A stretch of DNA of 64,000 bases from Leucoraja erinacea. Lineage: Eukaryota. Each line of letters starts with the position of its first letter. Positions within the stretch are counted from its first letter, which is position 1. The notes beneath the pieces were generated by a model. It worked only from the letters and a program-made list of their open reading frames with translations, was not told the origin of the DNA and searched no databases. Shown piece after piece: positions 24,554 through 37,424 of the stretch. Where the stretch lies: NCBI RefSeq assembly GCF_028641065.1, contig NC_073378.1, positions 137,454,001-137,518,000 on the forward strand, given 5' to 3'. The position numbers and the translations under genes are program-made.

Positions 24554-24615
24554 CTTCATCAGGTGTTTGTTGACCCATTTGGTGAATGTTTTCTTCTGGA
24601 CCCGGTCCCGCTCAT
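24554..24615 (-). CDS. PLEC: Plectin exon 2 (start of CH1)
   Basis: cag|AT GAG CGG...AAG|gtgagt; (D)[20 protein letters not shown]; 62 nt. Confidence 0.98.
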
Positions 24616-24764
24616 CTGCAACACAAAAGATCAATGACATTCAGCTGGGGCAGAAGACATGGGGGGGGGGGGGGGGGGGGTGCATGGCACCCGAGGCGAT
24701 ACATGACTAGACCACAGGGAACAGCTCGCAGACAAGAGGACCCCAACAACAGGGGAACACATCC

Positions 24765-25305
24765 CAGGGTGCAGACCCCACACAGCAGGGTGCAGACCCC
24801 ACACAGCAGGCAGGGTGCAGACCCCACACAGCAGGGTGCAGACCCCACACAGCAGGGTGCAGACCCCACACAGCAGGGTGCAGACCCCACACAGCAGGGT
24901 GCAGACCCCACACAGCAGGGTGCAGACCCCACACAGCAGGGTGCAGACCCCACACAGCAGGGTGCAGACCCCACACAGCAGGGTGCAGACCCCACACAGC
25001 AGGGTGCAGACCCCACACAGCAGGGTGCAGACCCCACACAGCAGGGTGCAGACCCCACACAGCAGGGTGCAGACAGGGTGCAGACCCCACACAGCAGGGT
25101 GCAGACCCCACACAGCAGGGTGCAGACCCCACACAGCAGGGTGCAGCCCCCACACAGCAGGGTGCAGACCCCACACAGCAGGGTGCAGACCCCACACAGC
25201 AGGGTGCAGACCCCACACAGCAGGGTGCAGACCCCACAACAGACCCCACACGGCAGGGTGCAGACCCCACAGCAGGGTGTGGAGACCCCACAACAGGGTG
25301 GAGAC
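24765..25305. repeat. 21-bp minisatellite (gcagggtgcagaccccacaca)
   Basis: About 25 near-perfect units between exon 1a and exon 2. Confidence 0.97.
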
Positions 25306-26034
25306 CTTGGGCAGGTAGGGAGAAAGTGAAGGTAGGAGAGAAGTGCGAGGGAGATGGGAAGGAGGATAGAGGGAAGTGCATTTGTCTCTGTCACGGGTGG
25401 CAGCCAGGGCTGGGGAAGGTTAACAAAGTTTGCAGAGTCTGAGAGGGTGGGGCAGAGGTTCAACCATGGTAACCAGGTATACAGTGAGGAAAGAGGATGA
25501 GTGGGGTGGTGAGCGGGCGCAAGGGTAGGGGAGAGTGAGCGGGGTGGGGAAGGGTGAGCGGGGTGGGGAGGGTGGGGGGTGAGCGTTGTGGGGGGGGGGG
25601 GGGGCGGGGGGGGGGAGGTGAGCGGGGGGGGTGGCGGAGGGTGAGATTGTCATGTGAGAGTGCAGAGCCACAGCGGTGCACCCTGTGGGGCATACCGAGA
25701 TCCGCAGGGTGGAAGGTTTCTGGACCTGCAGGAGAGCCCCTGGGTTGGGAGAGGGGTAGTAACCTGCCCCCATGGGAGTACAGAGAGTTGCTGACATTAC
25801 GGGAAGCAGGCAGGAGGTGCGGTGGGCAGCGGCGGAGAAGGAGTGAGCAGGGGCGGGGTGTGGAGAGCATTCACTCTAGGCTGAGCCTCTCCCACAGACC
25901 AGTGGATCCTCCAAGACAAAACACAGCAAATCCTGACCTGAAAGAGTTAACATCAGCCGAACATCGCAACACAACCATTCCCCCCCGCCTGCTTTGCTCC
26001 GGAAAGAAAGCCCAGCCCAGCCCTGGGTAAATAC

Positions 26035-26122
26035 CTTTCCGTGCCTCAGTGGACTTCAACTTGTCCTGGTACAACCTGTCGTCGGAGGTCAGGCGACCCC
26101 GGGGGGACTGTGCTGTAAACAT
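26035..26122 (-). CDS. PLEC: Plectin alternative first exon 1a, coding part
   Basis: MFTAQSPRGRLTSDDRLYQDKLKSTEARK + G|gtattt (29 codons + 1, phase 1). Aligns ungapped with mammalian 1a RTSSEDNLYLAVLRASEGKK. It is the last first exon before exon 2. Confidence 0.85.
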
Positions 26123-26376
26123 CGGGTGGGAGCAGAGTCTGAACCGATTCAACTGTGTCTCTCTGACTGAATGACGCTTCTGTGCTTACACAGCTCTACT
26201 TGTTAGAGCCAGTCTGCACAACTTTCAATCACTGCCCCTCCCTACGCCACAAGGTGTGGTTCGAGGTGTGGCTACAGGCACACAACAGGAGAGGGCGGGC
26301 AGAATGGGGTTGTGAGGGGGCAGAGAGTCAGGGCAAGTGTACCTGCCCACTCCCACTCCCACAGCGGCTGCTAGCC

Positions 26377-27262
26377 TTTTTTTTAAATTATACCAATACT
26401 TTTATTCGGAAACTAAAAATAAACATAGAGTATTAACCCGATCAAAGGCTGCCTATGTTGACAGTTTACAAACAAATGTTGATCAGATTAATATACCGCT
26501 AACATTATCAACAATACACTCGACCTCCCGCGGCGAGCTGTGTTCACGGAAGGCCTCCAGAGTCCCCGTGGACACCGTGTGTTTCCTCTCCAGGGACACG
26601 CGGGCACGGATGTAGGCCCGGAAAAGGGGCAGGCAGCCAATCCCGGTGCGGCCGTCGACCACCCGTTGCCTGGACCAGCGAATGGCCAACTTGGCCAGGA
26701 CCAGGAGCAGACGGACAGGGAGATCCCCCTCTTCCCTCCCGACCCTCCCCCCTCTGTACCGGGTGCCCAAATATCAGGAGCGTGGGGCCAACATGTGGCC
26801 AATACTTGAGGAGCAGCCCCTTCAGATAGTCGTACAGGGGCTGCAACCTCTCACACTCCATGTAGACGTGGGACACGGTCTCTTCCTCGCCGCAGAAGTG
26901 ACCGGCTGCTGGCGAGTCCGTGAACTGGCTCAAGTACCTGTTACAGGTCACGGCCATGTGCAACACTCCTCACCCCGGGTCCCCAATGTAAAGGGGGAGG
27001 ACTCCCCTATAGAGAGACCTCCACTGGGGATCTCTCCCGCCGTCAGGTGGTAACACGGACCGCCAGGGCGTGTCAGGATGGAAGACGAGGGTGAGGAAGT
27101 GTATAGTGTGCAGGAGCAGTCTGTACAGTACGCGCCTCTCAGCGTCACGGAACGGCACGCTGGGCATCTCGGAAAGGCAGTTCATGTTGCCTGGGGCCGG
27201 CTCTCGGGAATGGACCCGGGCCCTGGGTCCGATGAGCAATTTCAACAGAGCTGGGGTAATTG
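26377..27262 (-). mobile_element. L1/Tx1-clade LINE 3' end (ORF2 C-terminal zinc-binding region, frameshifted)
   Basis: HFCGEEETVSHVYMECERLQPL (zf-RVT-like) in ORF 26544-26966 plus upstream fragments; AATAAA and A-rich tail at about 26377-26406. Confidence 0.85.
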
Positions 27263-27419
27263 GGAGTGAAAATGAGTCACATCCTGCCTATCTGTTGGCT
27301 CACCCTGCACTGCCTCATCCACTCAAAGGTCCACAGTTGCCCGATAGACTGTGCCCTCCCCCACCCCTGTACAACAGATAGATGTGCCTAGCAGGCAGCA
27401 AGCATAGCCAAAGGGTGGG

Positions 27420-27900
27420 GAGGGACAGGGTGATGTGAAACATTGGGTGAGGGTGGAGACACAGGGTGATGGGGGGTGGGGATGTGGAACGTGGGGGTGG
27501 GGACAGGGTGATGTGGGGGTGGGGATGTGGAACGTGAGGGTGGGGGCAGGGTGATGTGGGGGTGGGGGTGGGGATGTGGGGTGGTGGGGATGTGGAACGT
27601 GGGGGTGGGGACAGGGTGATGTGGGGGTGGGGATGGGGACAGGGTGATGTGGGGGTGGGGATGGGGATGTGTGGACAGGGTAATGTGGGGGTGTGGGACA
27701 GGGTGATGTGGGGGTGGGATGGGGATGTGTGGACAGGGAAATGTGGGGGTGGGGACACTGTGATGTGGGGGTGGGGATGTGGGGTGGGGGTGTGTGGACA
27801 GGGTAATGTGGGGGCGTGGACAGGGTGATGTGGGGGGTGGGGGGGGGGATGTGGGGGTCGGGGTGCGGACAGCGTGATGTGGGGGTGGGGATGAGGTGGG
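27420..27900. repeat. GT-rich degenerate minisatellite (gacagggtgatgtgggggtgggg)
   Basis: Tandem degenerate units. Confidence 0.85.
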
Positions 27901-29589
27901 CAGAGGATGATACAGTGCGGTTTCTGCTCTGTAAGGGGGAACGGAGAGGCGTCATTCATTAACTGGGGAGGGACCACATGTTGCCCTATAAAGGAAACAA
28001 AAGTCTTCATAAATCAGGCGGGGGAAAGGGGCCTTTCGGCCCATCTCGCCCGTGCCGACCCTGGTACCTTGCTACACTGATCCCATTGATCATTGCATTT
28101 CGTTGTCTCTGTACTGTACACTGACAATGACAATTAAAATTGAATCTGAATCTGAATCTGAATCTGAATCTGATTGATAAAGGAGGTGGGGGAGAGGAGG
28201 CAGCAGGTATCGGGAGCCACTGGATCACTGGAATTAGCGAGGTGTGCGTGGGACTACAATCGGAGGGTGTGGCCGCTGTTGAGACCATGTGCAGTGTGTG
28301 CTCTCCGTGTGTACTGGAGGCTGTGAGTCACAGGTCATGGGGTTAATAAGTGGGGGTGAAGGGTTAACACAAAGCGACAATGAGCAGGTGGGACCCGCAT
28401 CGCTGCAGCAATGATGATGATCCCATTGACAGATACGATCACCAAAACATAGAACAGTTCAGCACAGGAACAGGCTCTTCAGCCAATAATCTGTGCCCAG
28501 CAAGACATATCTGCCTCCACCACTGGCAGGCTGTGTGTTCTAGCTCCCGCCACTCTCTGTAAAATAGGCCTGTGCATCACCAGTAAACTTTGACCCTCTC
28601 ACCTTCAAGCTCTGTCCTTCACTCTGGGAAAAAGGTTCTGACTGTCTACTCTATCTATGCCTGTCATAATGTTATATATTCCATCAGGTCTCCCTTCAGC
28701 ATCTAATGTACCAGAGAAAACCAAGTTGGTCCAAATGTTTAGCTAATAGCCCATAATCCAGGCAGAATTCCAGTAAACCCCTTCTGCACCCTCTCTAAAG
28801 TTTCCACATTCTTCTTGTGACCGGAACTGCACCCAGTACTGCCAATGCAGCCGAACCAAAGTGTTATAAAGCTGCAACTTGCCTTCTTGACTTTTATACT
28901 CAATGCCCCGGCCGATGAAGACAAGAGAATAAAGGGGTCGCCAAATTAAAATGACATTGGGGAGGAATGTCCCTCTCCCCCAGCGAGCTCAGGAGGTGAC
29001 CAATGTTGTACTCAAGGCTGAGGCTGAGAGAGTTTAATACAATGGAGTTGAGGAGTTTGCAGGGAGAGTGGGAAACAGATTGAAGCAGCTGCAATCCTAC
29101 AGGGACGAGGAGCACCGTGTTCCCTTTGCATTTCCTTGTTACTTTCCTCTATTGCATTCAGTTTTCCCTTCCACTCTCTCCCTCCCTGTCCCTCTTTCTC
29201 CCCTTCACCTGCCTTTCCATCCATCCCTCCCTCTCCCCATGCCTCAGCGAGCTACTCTTGGATGGTGTGCGAGAGACCTGGGTGGATTGTGTGCCTGCCT
29301 TCAGATGTCACCGGCTCAGCCCCACACCCTGGGACAGGTGAGGAAGGTTTGGCTCCATGCTCCACATTTCTCAGCTTGTTCCGACAGCCCCACATACACA
29401 ACACAGAGCGAAGGTTCAGCTGCAGCAGAGCCAGCCCAGGCAGGGCCAGACCTGCCCCAGAGAGCAGGGAAAGCACAGTACTCACGCAGAACATCTCACT
29501 GCTCCCAGCATAACCCACCCAAACACACTATCATATATCAAACCCCTAAACCACCCCATCTCTCCGTCAGCCCCAGCCCACAACCCGGT

Positions 29590-31015
29590 ATCAATCCCAC
29601 TGCCCCACTCTCCCCCCACAGCCCTATACCAATCCCACACTAATCCCACTGCCCTGCACTAATCCCACTGCCCTGTGTCAATCCCACTGCCCTGTGTCAA
29701 TCCCACTGCCCTGTGTCAATCCCACTGCCCTGTGTCAATCCCACTGTGTGTCAATCCCACTGCCCTGTGTCAATCCCACTGCCCTGTGTCAATCCCACTG
29801 CCCTGTGTCAATCCCACTGCCCTGTGTCAATCCCACTGCCCTGTGTCAATCCCACTGCCCTGTGTCAATCCCACTGCCCTGTGTCAATCCCACTGCCCTG
29901 TGTCAATCCCACTGCCCTGTGTCAATCCCACTGTCCTGCACTAATCCCACTGCCCTGTGTCAATCCCACTGCCCTGTACTAATCCCACTGCCCTGCACTA
30001 ATCCCACTGCCCTGTGTGTCAATCCCACTGCCCTGTGTCAATCCCACTGCCCTGTGTCAATCCCACTGCCCTGCACTAATCCCACTGCCCTGTGTCAATC
30101 CCACTGCCCTGTGTCCCAAATCCCACTGCCCTGTGTCAATCCCACTGCCCTGTGTCAATCCCACTGCCCTGTGTCAATCCCACTGCCCTGTGTCAATCCC
30201 ACTGCCCTGTGTCAATCCCACTGCCCAATCCCACTGCCTGTCAATCCCACTGCCCTGCCCCACTGTACTAATCCCCCACTGCCCTGCACTAATCCCACTG
30301 CCCAATCCCACTGCCGTGTCAATCCCACTGCCCTGTGTCAATCCCACTGCCCTGTGTCCATCCCACTGCCCTGTGTCAATCCCACTGTCCTGCACTAATC
30401 CCAATCCCACTGCCCCACTGTGTCAATCCCACTGCCCTGTACTAATCCCACGGCCCTGCACTAATCCCACTGCCCTGTGTCAATCCCTCTGCCCTGTGTC
30501 AATCCCACTGCCCTGTCCCACTGCCCTTTGTCAATCCCACTACCATTAGCCAATCCCACTGCCCTGTGTCAATCCCACTGCCCTGTGTCAATCCCACTGC
30601 CCTGTGTCAATCCCACTGCCCTGTGTCAATCCCACTGCCCTGCACTAATCCCACTGCCCTGTGTCAATCCCACTGCCCTGTGTCAATCCCACTGCCCTGT
30701 GTCAATCCCATTGCCCTGTGTCAATCCCACTCCCCTGTGCCAATCCCATTGCCCTGTACTAATCCCACTGCCCTGTGTCAATCCCACTGCCCTGTGTCAA
30801 TCCCACTGCCCTGTGTCAATCCCACTGCCCTGTGTCAATCCCACTGCCCTGCACTAATCCCACTGTCCTGTGTCAATCCCACTGCCCTGTGCAAATCCCA
30901 CACTAATCCCACTGCCCTGTGTCAATCCCACTGCCCTGTGCAAATCCCACACTAATCCCACTGCCCTGTGCAAATCCCACACCCACACTAATCCCACTGC
31001 CCTGTACTAATCCAA
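29590..31015. repeat. 19-bp minisatellite (aatcccactgccctgtgtc)
   Basis: Roughly 70 units with variants (..ctgcact, ..ctgtact). Confidence 0.97.
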
Positions 31016-31620
31016 GTGCCTCCACCCTAGACACTGAACTCGACCCGATGCTCTCCCTACAATGATTGCTAGGTGGGTAGTAACGCAAGGGAGACCTCGG
31101 TACTGCACAGCTGGCCCCTTGTGGGAGCAAAGGGCAGGGGGTGAACGATGCCCTAGCCCATGTGGTATTCTCCTGATTGTGGGGTCTTCACAGTTCTACC
31201 ACCTTTGCCAGGGTGGGTGGAGGCAAGTTGCTGGCCGGTGTTTTACCCTGCGATGGGCAATTGCCCACTGGGGTTAGTGATGTGGTGGGGAGTGTTGATG
31301 GTATGGGTTAGTGTGGAGTTTCCCTCTCCCTCACACAGAGCCAGTGCCCAGGGGGGGGGGGGGGGGGGGGGGGGGGGGAGGAGGGGGGGGGGGGTCGGGA
31401 GGGGGAGGGGGGGGGGGGAGGGGGGAGGGGAGGGGGGGGGAGGGGGAGGGGGGGGGGGGAGAAAGAGAGAAAGAAGGAGAAAGGGAGAAAGAGAGAAGAG
31501 AGATGAGATGGTGGAGTGTCTGGAATGTGTGCCTCGCCCTGAGCGAGAGGCGGATCAGGGCTGTGGGGAGAGCATGACCACACCCTGCAGGATATAGGCA
31601 GTGGTCCAACAGTAGCTCCC

Positions 31621-31734
31621 TGACTCACAGTCGGAGCACCGGAAGCTGCCGAGCTGGGCAAGTTACACCCAGTGAATCAGGCGGACAGGCAGCCCTGCCA
31701 GGAATGCTGCCAACTCACTCACTCCGCACATTCC
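31621..31734. promoter_or_regulatory. Candidate AP-1/ETS/TEAD enhancer cluster
   Basis: TGACTCA 31621-31627, CCGGAAG about 31639, TGAATCA 31673-31679, GGAATG 31701-31706 and CATTCC 31729-31734 within 115 bp of unique sequence. Confidence 0.4.
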
Positions 31735-32585
31735 ACAGACCCATCATCATCAGCATTAACCAGGATCAAAGTCCCAGACACATCCACACAGAGACCAGTG
31801 ACACATGACCCTCGAGCCAGGAGCACATCCAGCAGCACAGCATAGGAACAGGCCCTTCGACCCACAATGTCTCTTCATAACATGATGCCATGTTGAACTA
31901 GTTGCTTCTGGCTGCACAAGATCCCTCCATTTCCAGCATTTCCATGTGCCTATCCAAAAGCTTCTTAAACATCATTATGGTATCTGCCTCCACCACCACC
32001 CCTGGTAGCACGTTCCAGGCACCCACTCCTCCAGATTAATATACTTGCCTCGCACTTCTCCTTTAAACATTTCCCCCTTTCACATTAAAGCTATGCCTCC
32101 AGTCTTTGACATTTCCACTCCAGAGAAAGCTGCAGATGCCCGTCACCCTGGCCACTTCCTTTTCTCTTCAACCTTCTGAGAGCAGATACAGGAGGTTGAA
32201 AGCTGAACGTACAGAAGTAAGAACAGCTGCTTCCCCATGAGAGGATTAGATCGGATAGACGCAGAGTCTCTTGCTCAGAGTAGGGGAATCGAGGACCAGA
32301 GGACATAGGTTTAAGGTGAAGGGGAAAAGATTTAATAGGAATCCGAGGGGTACCTTTTTTATGCAAAGAGTGGTAGATTATGGAATGAGCTGCCAGAGGA
32401 GGTAGTTGAGGCAGGGACTTTCACAATGTTTAAAGAACATTTGACAGGTACATAGATAGGACAGGTTTGAAGGGATATAGACCAAGTGCAGGCAGGTGGA
32501 ACTAGTGTGGCTGGGACATGTTGGGCAGTGTGGTGAACCAATCACCTCTTTCACACCCCATTCCCGGAGGAGCTGCCATCTATTA

Positions 32586-33712
32586 GAAGAAGTATAACAT
32601 AGCAAAGATGAGTGGGAAGCCAGAGGATTGGGTAACTTTTAAAGAGCAACAGAAGATAATTAAAAAGGCAGTACGGGGAGAAAAGTTGTGGTACGTAGGT
32701 AAGCTAGCCAAGAATATAAAGGAGGATATTAAAAGCTTCTTTAGGTATGTGAAGAGGATAAAACTAGTTAAGACCAAAGTTGGACCCTTGAAGACTGAAA
32801 AGGGTGAATTTATTATGGGGAAGAAGGAAATGGCAGAGTTGAACAGGTACTTTGGATCCGTTTTCACTAAGGAGGACGCAAACAATCTTCCTGATGTACT
32901 AGTGGCCAGTGTATCTAGGGTGACGGAGGAACTGAAGGAGATTCACATTAGGCAGGAAATGGTGTTGGATAGACTGATGGGACTGAAGGCTGATAAATCC
33001 CCAGGGCCAGATGGTCTGCATCCCAGGGTACTTCAGGAAGTGGCTCTAGAAATTGTGGACGCATTGGTGATCATTTTCCAATGTTCTATAGATTCAGGAT
33101 CAGTTCCTGTGGATTGGAGAGTAGCTAATGTTATCCCACTACGACTCTTTAGGCTACTGAGGAGACTACTCACAACCATACAGGTGACACCCTGGCGACA
33201 TGTCGCAGGTTGAAGCCTGTATGGTCGTGAGTAGTCGCTCAAAGAGTCGTACCTTTCTCTGGTCGCCGCTGGATTTTCAACATGTTGAAAATTTTCGGCA
33301 ACCTGCAATGACAGATGACAGGTGCCGGCAGTCACCGAAAAAGTCACGTAAGTGGGTCAGGCCCATTAGGGTTTGGACACGCTAGAGGCAGAAAACATGT
33401 TCCCAATGTTGGGGGAGTCCAGAACCAGGGGCCATAGTTTAAGAATAAGTGGCAAGCCATTTAGAACGGAGATGAGGAAAAATAAATTCAAACAGAGTGT
33501 GAGTGTGGGGAATTCTCTGCCTCAGAGGGCGGTGGAGGCTGATTCTCTAGATACTTTCAAGAGAGTTAGATAGAGCTCTTAGGGATAGCATAGTTAAGGG
33601 ACATGGCGAGAAGGCAGGAACTGATTGTGGATGATCAGCCATGATCACGTTGAATGGCGGTGCTGGCTCAAAGGGCCGAATGGCCTACTCCTGCACTTAC
33701 TGTCTATTGTCT
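32586..33712 (+). mobile_element. CR1 LINE ORF2 fragment and 3' end, separated by a ~220-bp unrelated insert (33141-33365)
   Basis: KSPGPDGLHPRVL.E...IIFQ.S..SG.VP.DW..ANV.P RT motifs; 3' UTR gatcagccatgatc...ggccgaatggcctactcctgc. Confidence 0.9.
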
Positions 33713-35151
33713 AGTACTTTGAACTCTATTTAAAGGACAATAAACTAATCTGAATGTGAATTCCTCACTGCAGATAAACATTCTATGACTCAAGCCAGCA
33801 GCTGATGTGGGCACAGCCCGTGTTACACACTCATGCGGGCACGGCCCGTGTTACACACTTGTGAGCACTGCCGTGTTACACAACTCACAGTAAGCATACT
33901 TATCACAAGTCAGGTCTCAGGAGCCAGAAGTAACTGAGTTCACCATCATCTTGCGTGCACACCAGGATTAGAATCAGAGTCATACAGCTGGGAAACAGGC
34001 CCTTCCGCACAACCCATCCATGCAAACAAAGATGCCACAACGCTGAGGGGAAGTCCTGTAATGATTAAGGTTGGAATCTCTTTGTTCAATGACAATGTGA
34101 TCATACCACTGGGACCAACAACGGGTTGCTAACTAATGGGAAGGATGCAATGAATAAGTTTGCAAGGAAGTTCCAGATATCTGGAAAAGTGGTCAGGCGG
34201 TGAGAATGGAGACCTGCACCGTCCAACAACAGACTGGGCCACAGCAACATACTGGGCTGAGGAGTGTGTTCACAACTCCCTCAATTAGCATGTTTCTACG
34301 GCAGCACATTCAGTGGATGATATCAGAGAGGACATAGGATGATATCAGAGAGGACATTTAGGAGGTGAGGTTCTGTGAAATCTGGTTTCTTGGTTCTGGA
34401 GTCGCATTGCGTGTACTTCACTTTAACACTAAGTACTACAGCTAATATTATTATTGATTATTATATATTATTTGTGATTTTGCATTCACAAGCCTGTAAA
34501 GCTGCAGCAAGCAGGAATGTCATTGTTTCGTTGCCAGTATATACAACACTGATGACTCCTCATGCATATTTTACTCTGCCTTGATTCAAGTGTTTATCTC
34601 AATGATTCTGAAACAGGAAATAGTCCCCGCCACCCCCCACAGACAGTGTGTTCTGCAACCATCCTCTGGGGGGAAATATTCTTCCTCTGATTGCTTCTAA
34701 ACCTCCTACACCTTATCTTAAACCTGTGCTTTCTAGATTTAGATAGTTCTGCTTTGGGGAACGTTTGCTTCTGTCACTGCTCTTTGCCCATCACAGTTGG
34801 GATCATCTTTCTCAGTTCCCCCTCATCCACCTGCAATCATTAAACTGGGCGCAGGCATAACGTGAGGCTGGATCGTGTGGGATTTTTCCCCTGAAGGCTT
34901 AGAGGCTGAGGTTTGACCTTCTAGAGATGTATAAAATCATGAGGGGAATAGATCTAGTGGACGGTCACAGTCTTATCACCAAGGTATGTGAATCAAGTAC
35001 TAGAGGGCACAGAGGAAGGAAATAATAGGAGCAACTTTCCCACAAAGAGGATGGTGGTTATACGGAAAGAGCTGCCAGAGGAGGTAGTTGACACAGGTAC
35101 AACGACTACTTTTGAACAGGGACATGGATAGGATAGGTTTAGAGGTATATA

Positions 35152-36435
35152 CAATGCATTCAGAAAGTATTCAGACCCCTTCACTTTTTCCACATTTTGT
35201 TACGTTACAGCCTTATTTTAAAGTGGATTAAATTCTTTTTTTTTCATCAATCTACACACAATACCCTTGAATGAAGAAGCAAAAACAGGTTAGAAATATT
35301 TGCAAATAAGAAATAACTGAAATATCACATTTACATAAGTATTCAGACCCTTTGCTCTGACACTCAAATTTGAGCTTAAGTTCTTCCTGTTTCCATTGAT
35401 TACCCTCGAGATGTTTCTATAACTTGATTGTAGTCTACCAGTGGTAAATTAAAATGATTGGACATGATTTGGAAAGGCACACACCTGTCTATATAAGGTC
35501 CTGCAGTTGACAGTGCATGTCAGAGCAAAAACCAAGCCATGAAGACGAAGGAATTGTCCGTAGACCTCTGAGACAGGATTGTGTCGAGACACAGATCTGG
35601 GGATGGGTATAAAACAATTTCTGCAGCATTGTAGGTCCCGAAGAACACGGTGGCATCCATCATTCTTAAATGGAAGAACTTTGGAACCACCAGGACTCTT
35701 CATAGAGCTGGCCGCCCGGCCAAACTGAGCATCGGGGGAGAAGGGCCTTGGTCAGGGAGGTGACCAAGAAACTGATGTTCACGCTGATAGAGCTCCAGAG
35801 TTCCTCTGTGGAGATGGGAGAACCTTCCAGAAGGACAACAATATCTGCAGAATTCCACCAATTAGGCCTTTATGGTAGAGTGGCCAGACAGAAGCCACTC
35901 CTCAGTAAAAGGCACATGACAGCCCGCTTGGAGTTTGCCAAAAGGCATGAGAAACAAGATTCCGTGGTCCGATGTGGCTTTGTGACAGGTCTGTGAATGT
36001 CCTTGAGTGGCCCAGCCAGAGCCTGACAGGAACCCGATGGAACATGTCTGTAGGGACCTGAAAATAGCTGTGCATCAACGCTCCCCCATCCAACCTGACA
36101 GAGCTTGAGAGGATCTGCAGAGAAGAATGAGAGAAATTACCCAAATACAGGTGTGCCTTCATATCCAAGAAGACTTGATGCTGCTATTGCTGCCAAAGGT
36201 GCCTCAACAAATTACTGAGTAAAGGGTCTGAATAATTATATAAATGTGATATTTCAGTTCTTTCTTTTTAATTACTTTGCAAAAATTCTAAACACCTCTT
36301 TTTGCTTTTTTATTATGGGGTATTGTGTGTAGATTGATGATAAAAAAAAATGAATGTAATCAATTTTAGAATAAGGCTGTAACGTAACAAAATGTGGAAA
36401 AAGTGAAGGGGTCTGAATACTTCCCGAATGCACTG
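35152..36435 (+). mobile_element. Tc1/mariner DNA transposon (IR/DR type), internally deleted, defective transposase
   Basis: Long (~200 bp) terminal inverted repeats (CAATGCATTCAGAAAGTATTCAGACCCC... / ...GGGGTCTGAATACTTCCCGAATGCACTG), internal DR aagtattcagaccc, TA target duplication. Broken transposase MKTKELSVDL*DRIVSRHRSG...GRVARQKPLLSKRH...EWPSQS. Confidence 0.93.
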
Positions 36436-37424
36436 TATGGGCCAAGTACAGTCAAGTGGAATTATCCCAATTAGGCAACTTGGTCAGCATGGATATGTTG
36501 TGCTGAAGAGCCTGATTCTGTGCTGATTCAGTCTGGGACTCTATAACACTCCGGGGAGAACAGACCCAGCCTCTCCTGTCTCTCCTCTTGTATCCGAATA
36601 CCCCATCCCATGCAACATCCTGGTGAATCTCCTCTGCCCCCTCTCCTGAATTATCCCATTCTTCCCGTAGTGTGATGACCAGAACAGAGCAAAATACTCC
36701 AGTTGCGGTTGAACCAAGTTGTACATGGAACACAAGAACAGGCCCTTTGGCCCACAATGTCTGTGCTGAACTTGATGCCAAGCCTATCACTATCCACTTT
36801 CACTGAATCCATATGCCTCCATTGCTGTTCTTACATTCTGTGCACTGGCTAAAGAAGGCCAATATACTGTGTGCTGACCTGCCCATTCCATCTACCTGCC
36901 ATGCTATCTTCAGGGATCATTAGACGTGTACACCAAGGTGCCTCTGTTCCTCATCACTCTCCAGAGCCTTCTATCTGACCAACCCTGCCCTTACTATTCC
37001 ATACAAAGTGCATCATCAGTAGCTCCCAGCCCATCATACACCACACTTGCTGATCGACACAATAACCTGTCATTAGCACATGATAGGGTGGTGAATTTGG
37101 GGTAGTTTTGGAGGCGGCGGCATGGGGGGGGGGGGGCTTTGACTTTTAGGACACAGGATTCAGGACACAGAGCTCTGGCGGTGGTGATAGGGGAGAGGAG
37201 AGTCTGGGGACAGGCGAGGATGGCTAAGGTGGGCTCTGGGACAGAGGCAGTCAGAGGTAGGGGTCGGATTCATGGAAGGAGTCTAAGGAGAAGGGGCTCT
37301 GGAGGAGGAGACGGGGATGGAGTCCGTTCAGGCAGAGACATTTCCACCTGGGAAAATGGTTCGAGTAGATAGACAGTCTACCCTTTCTATGCCTCTTATA
37401 ATTGTATATGTCGTCTATCAAGTG

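Noticed and set aside
315-24615. Dystonin or MACF1 instead of plectin
   Set aside because: The S10-domain, 1b, 1d and 1a first exons and residues such as [21 protein letters not shown] are plectin-type.
29479-29520. Strong GTGAGTA donor-like site
   Set aside because: Nearby ATGs give phase 0 or 2, not phase 1; no other support, although a non-coding first exon cannot be excluded.
24586-31015. Regular 21-bp and 19-bp arrays resembling CRISPR arrays or repeat proteins
   Set aside because: Head-to-tail minisatellites with no unique spacers and no cas genes, in eukaryotic intron context.
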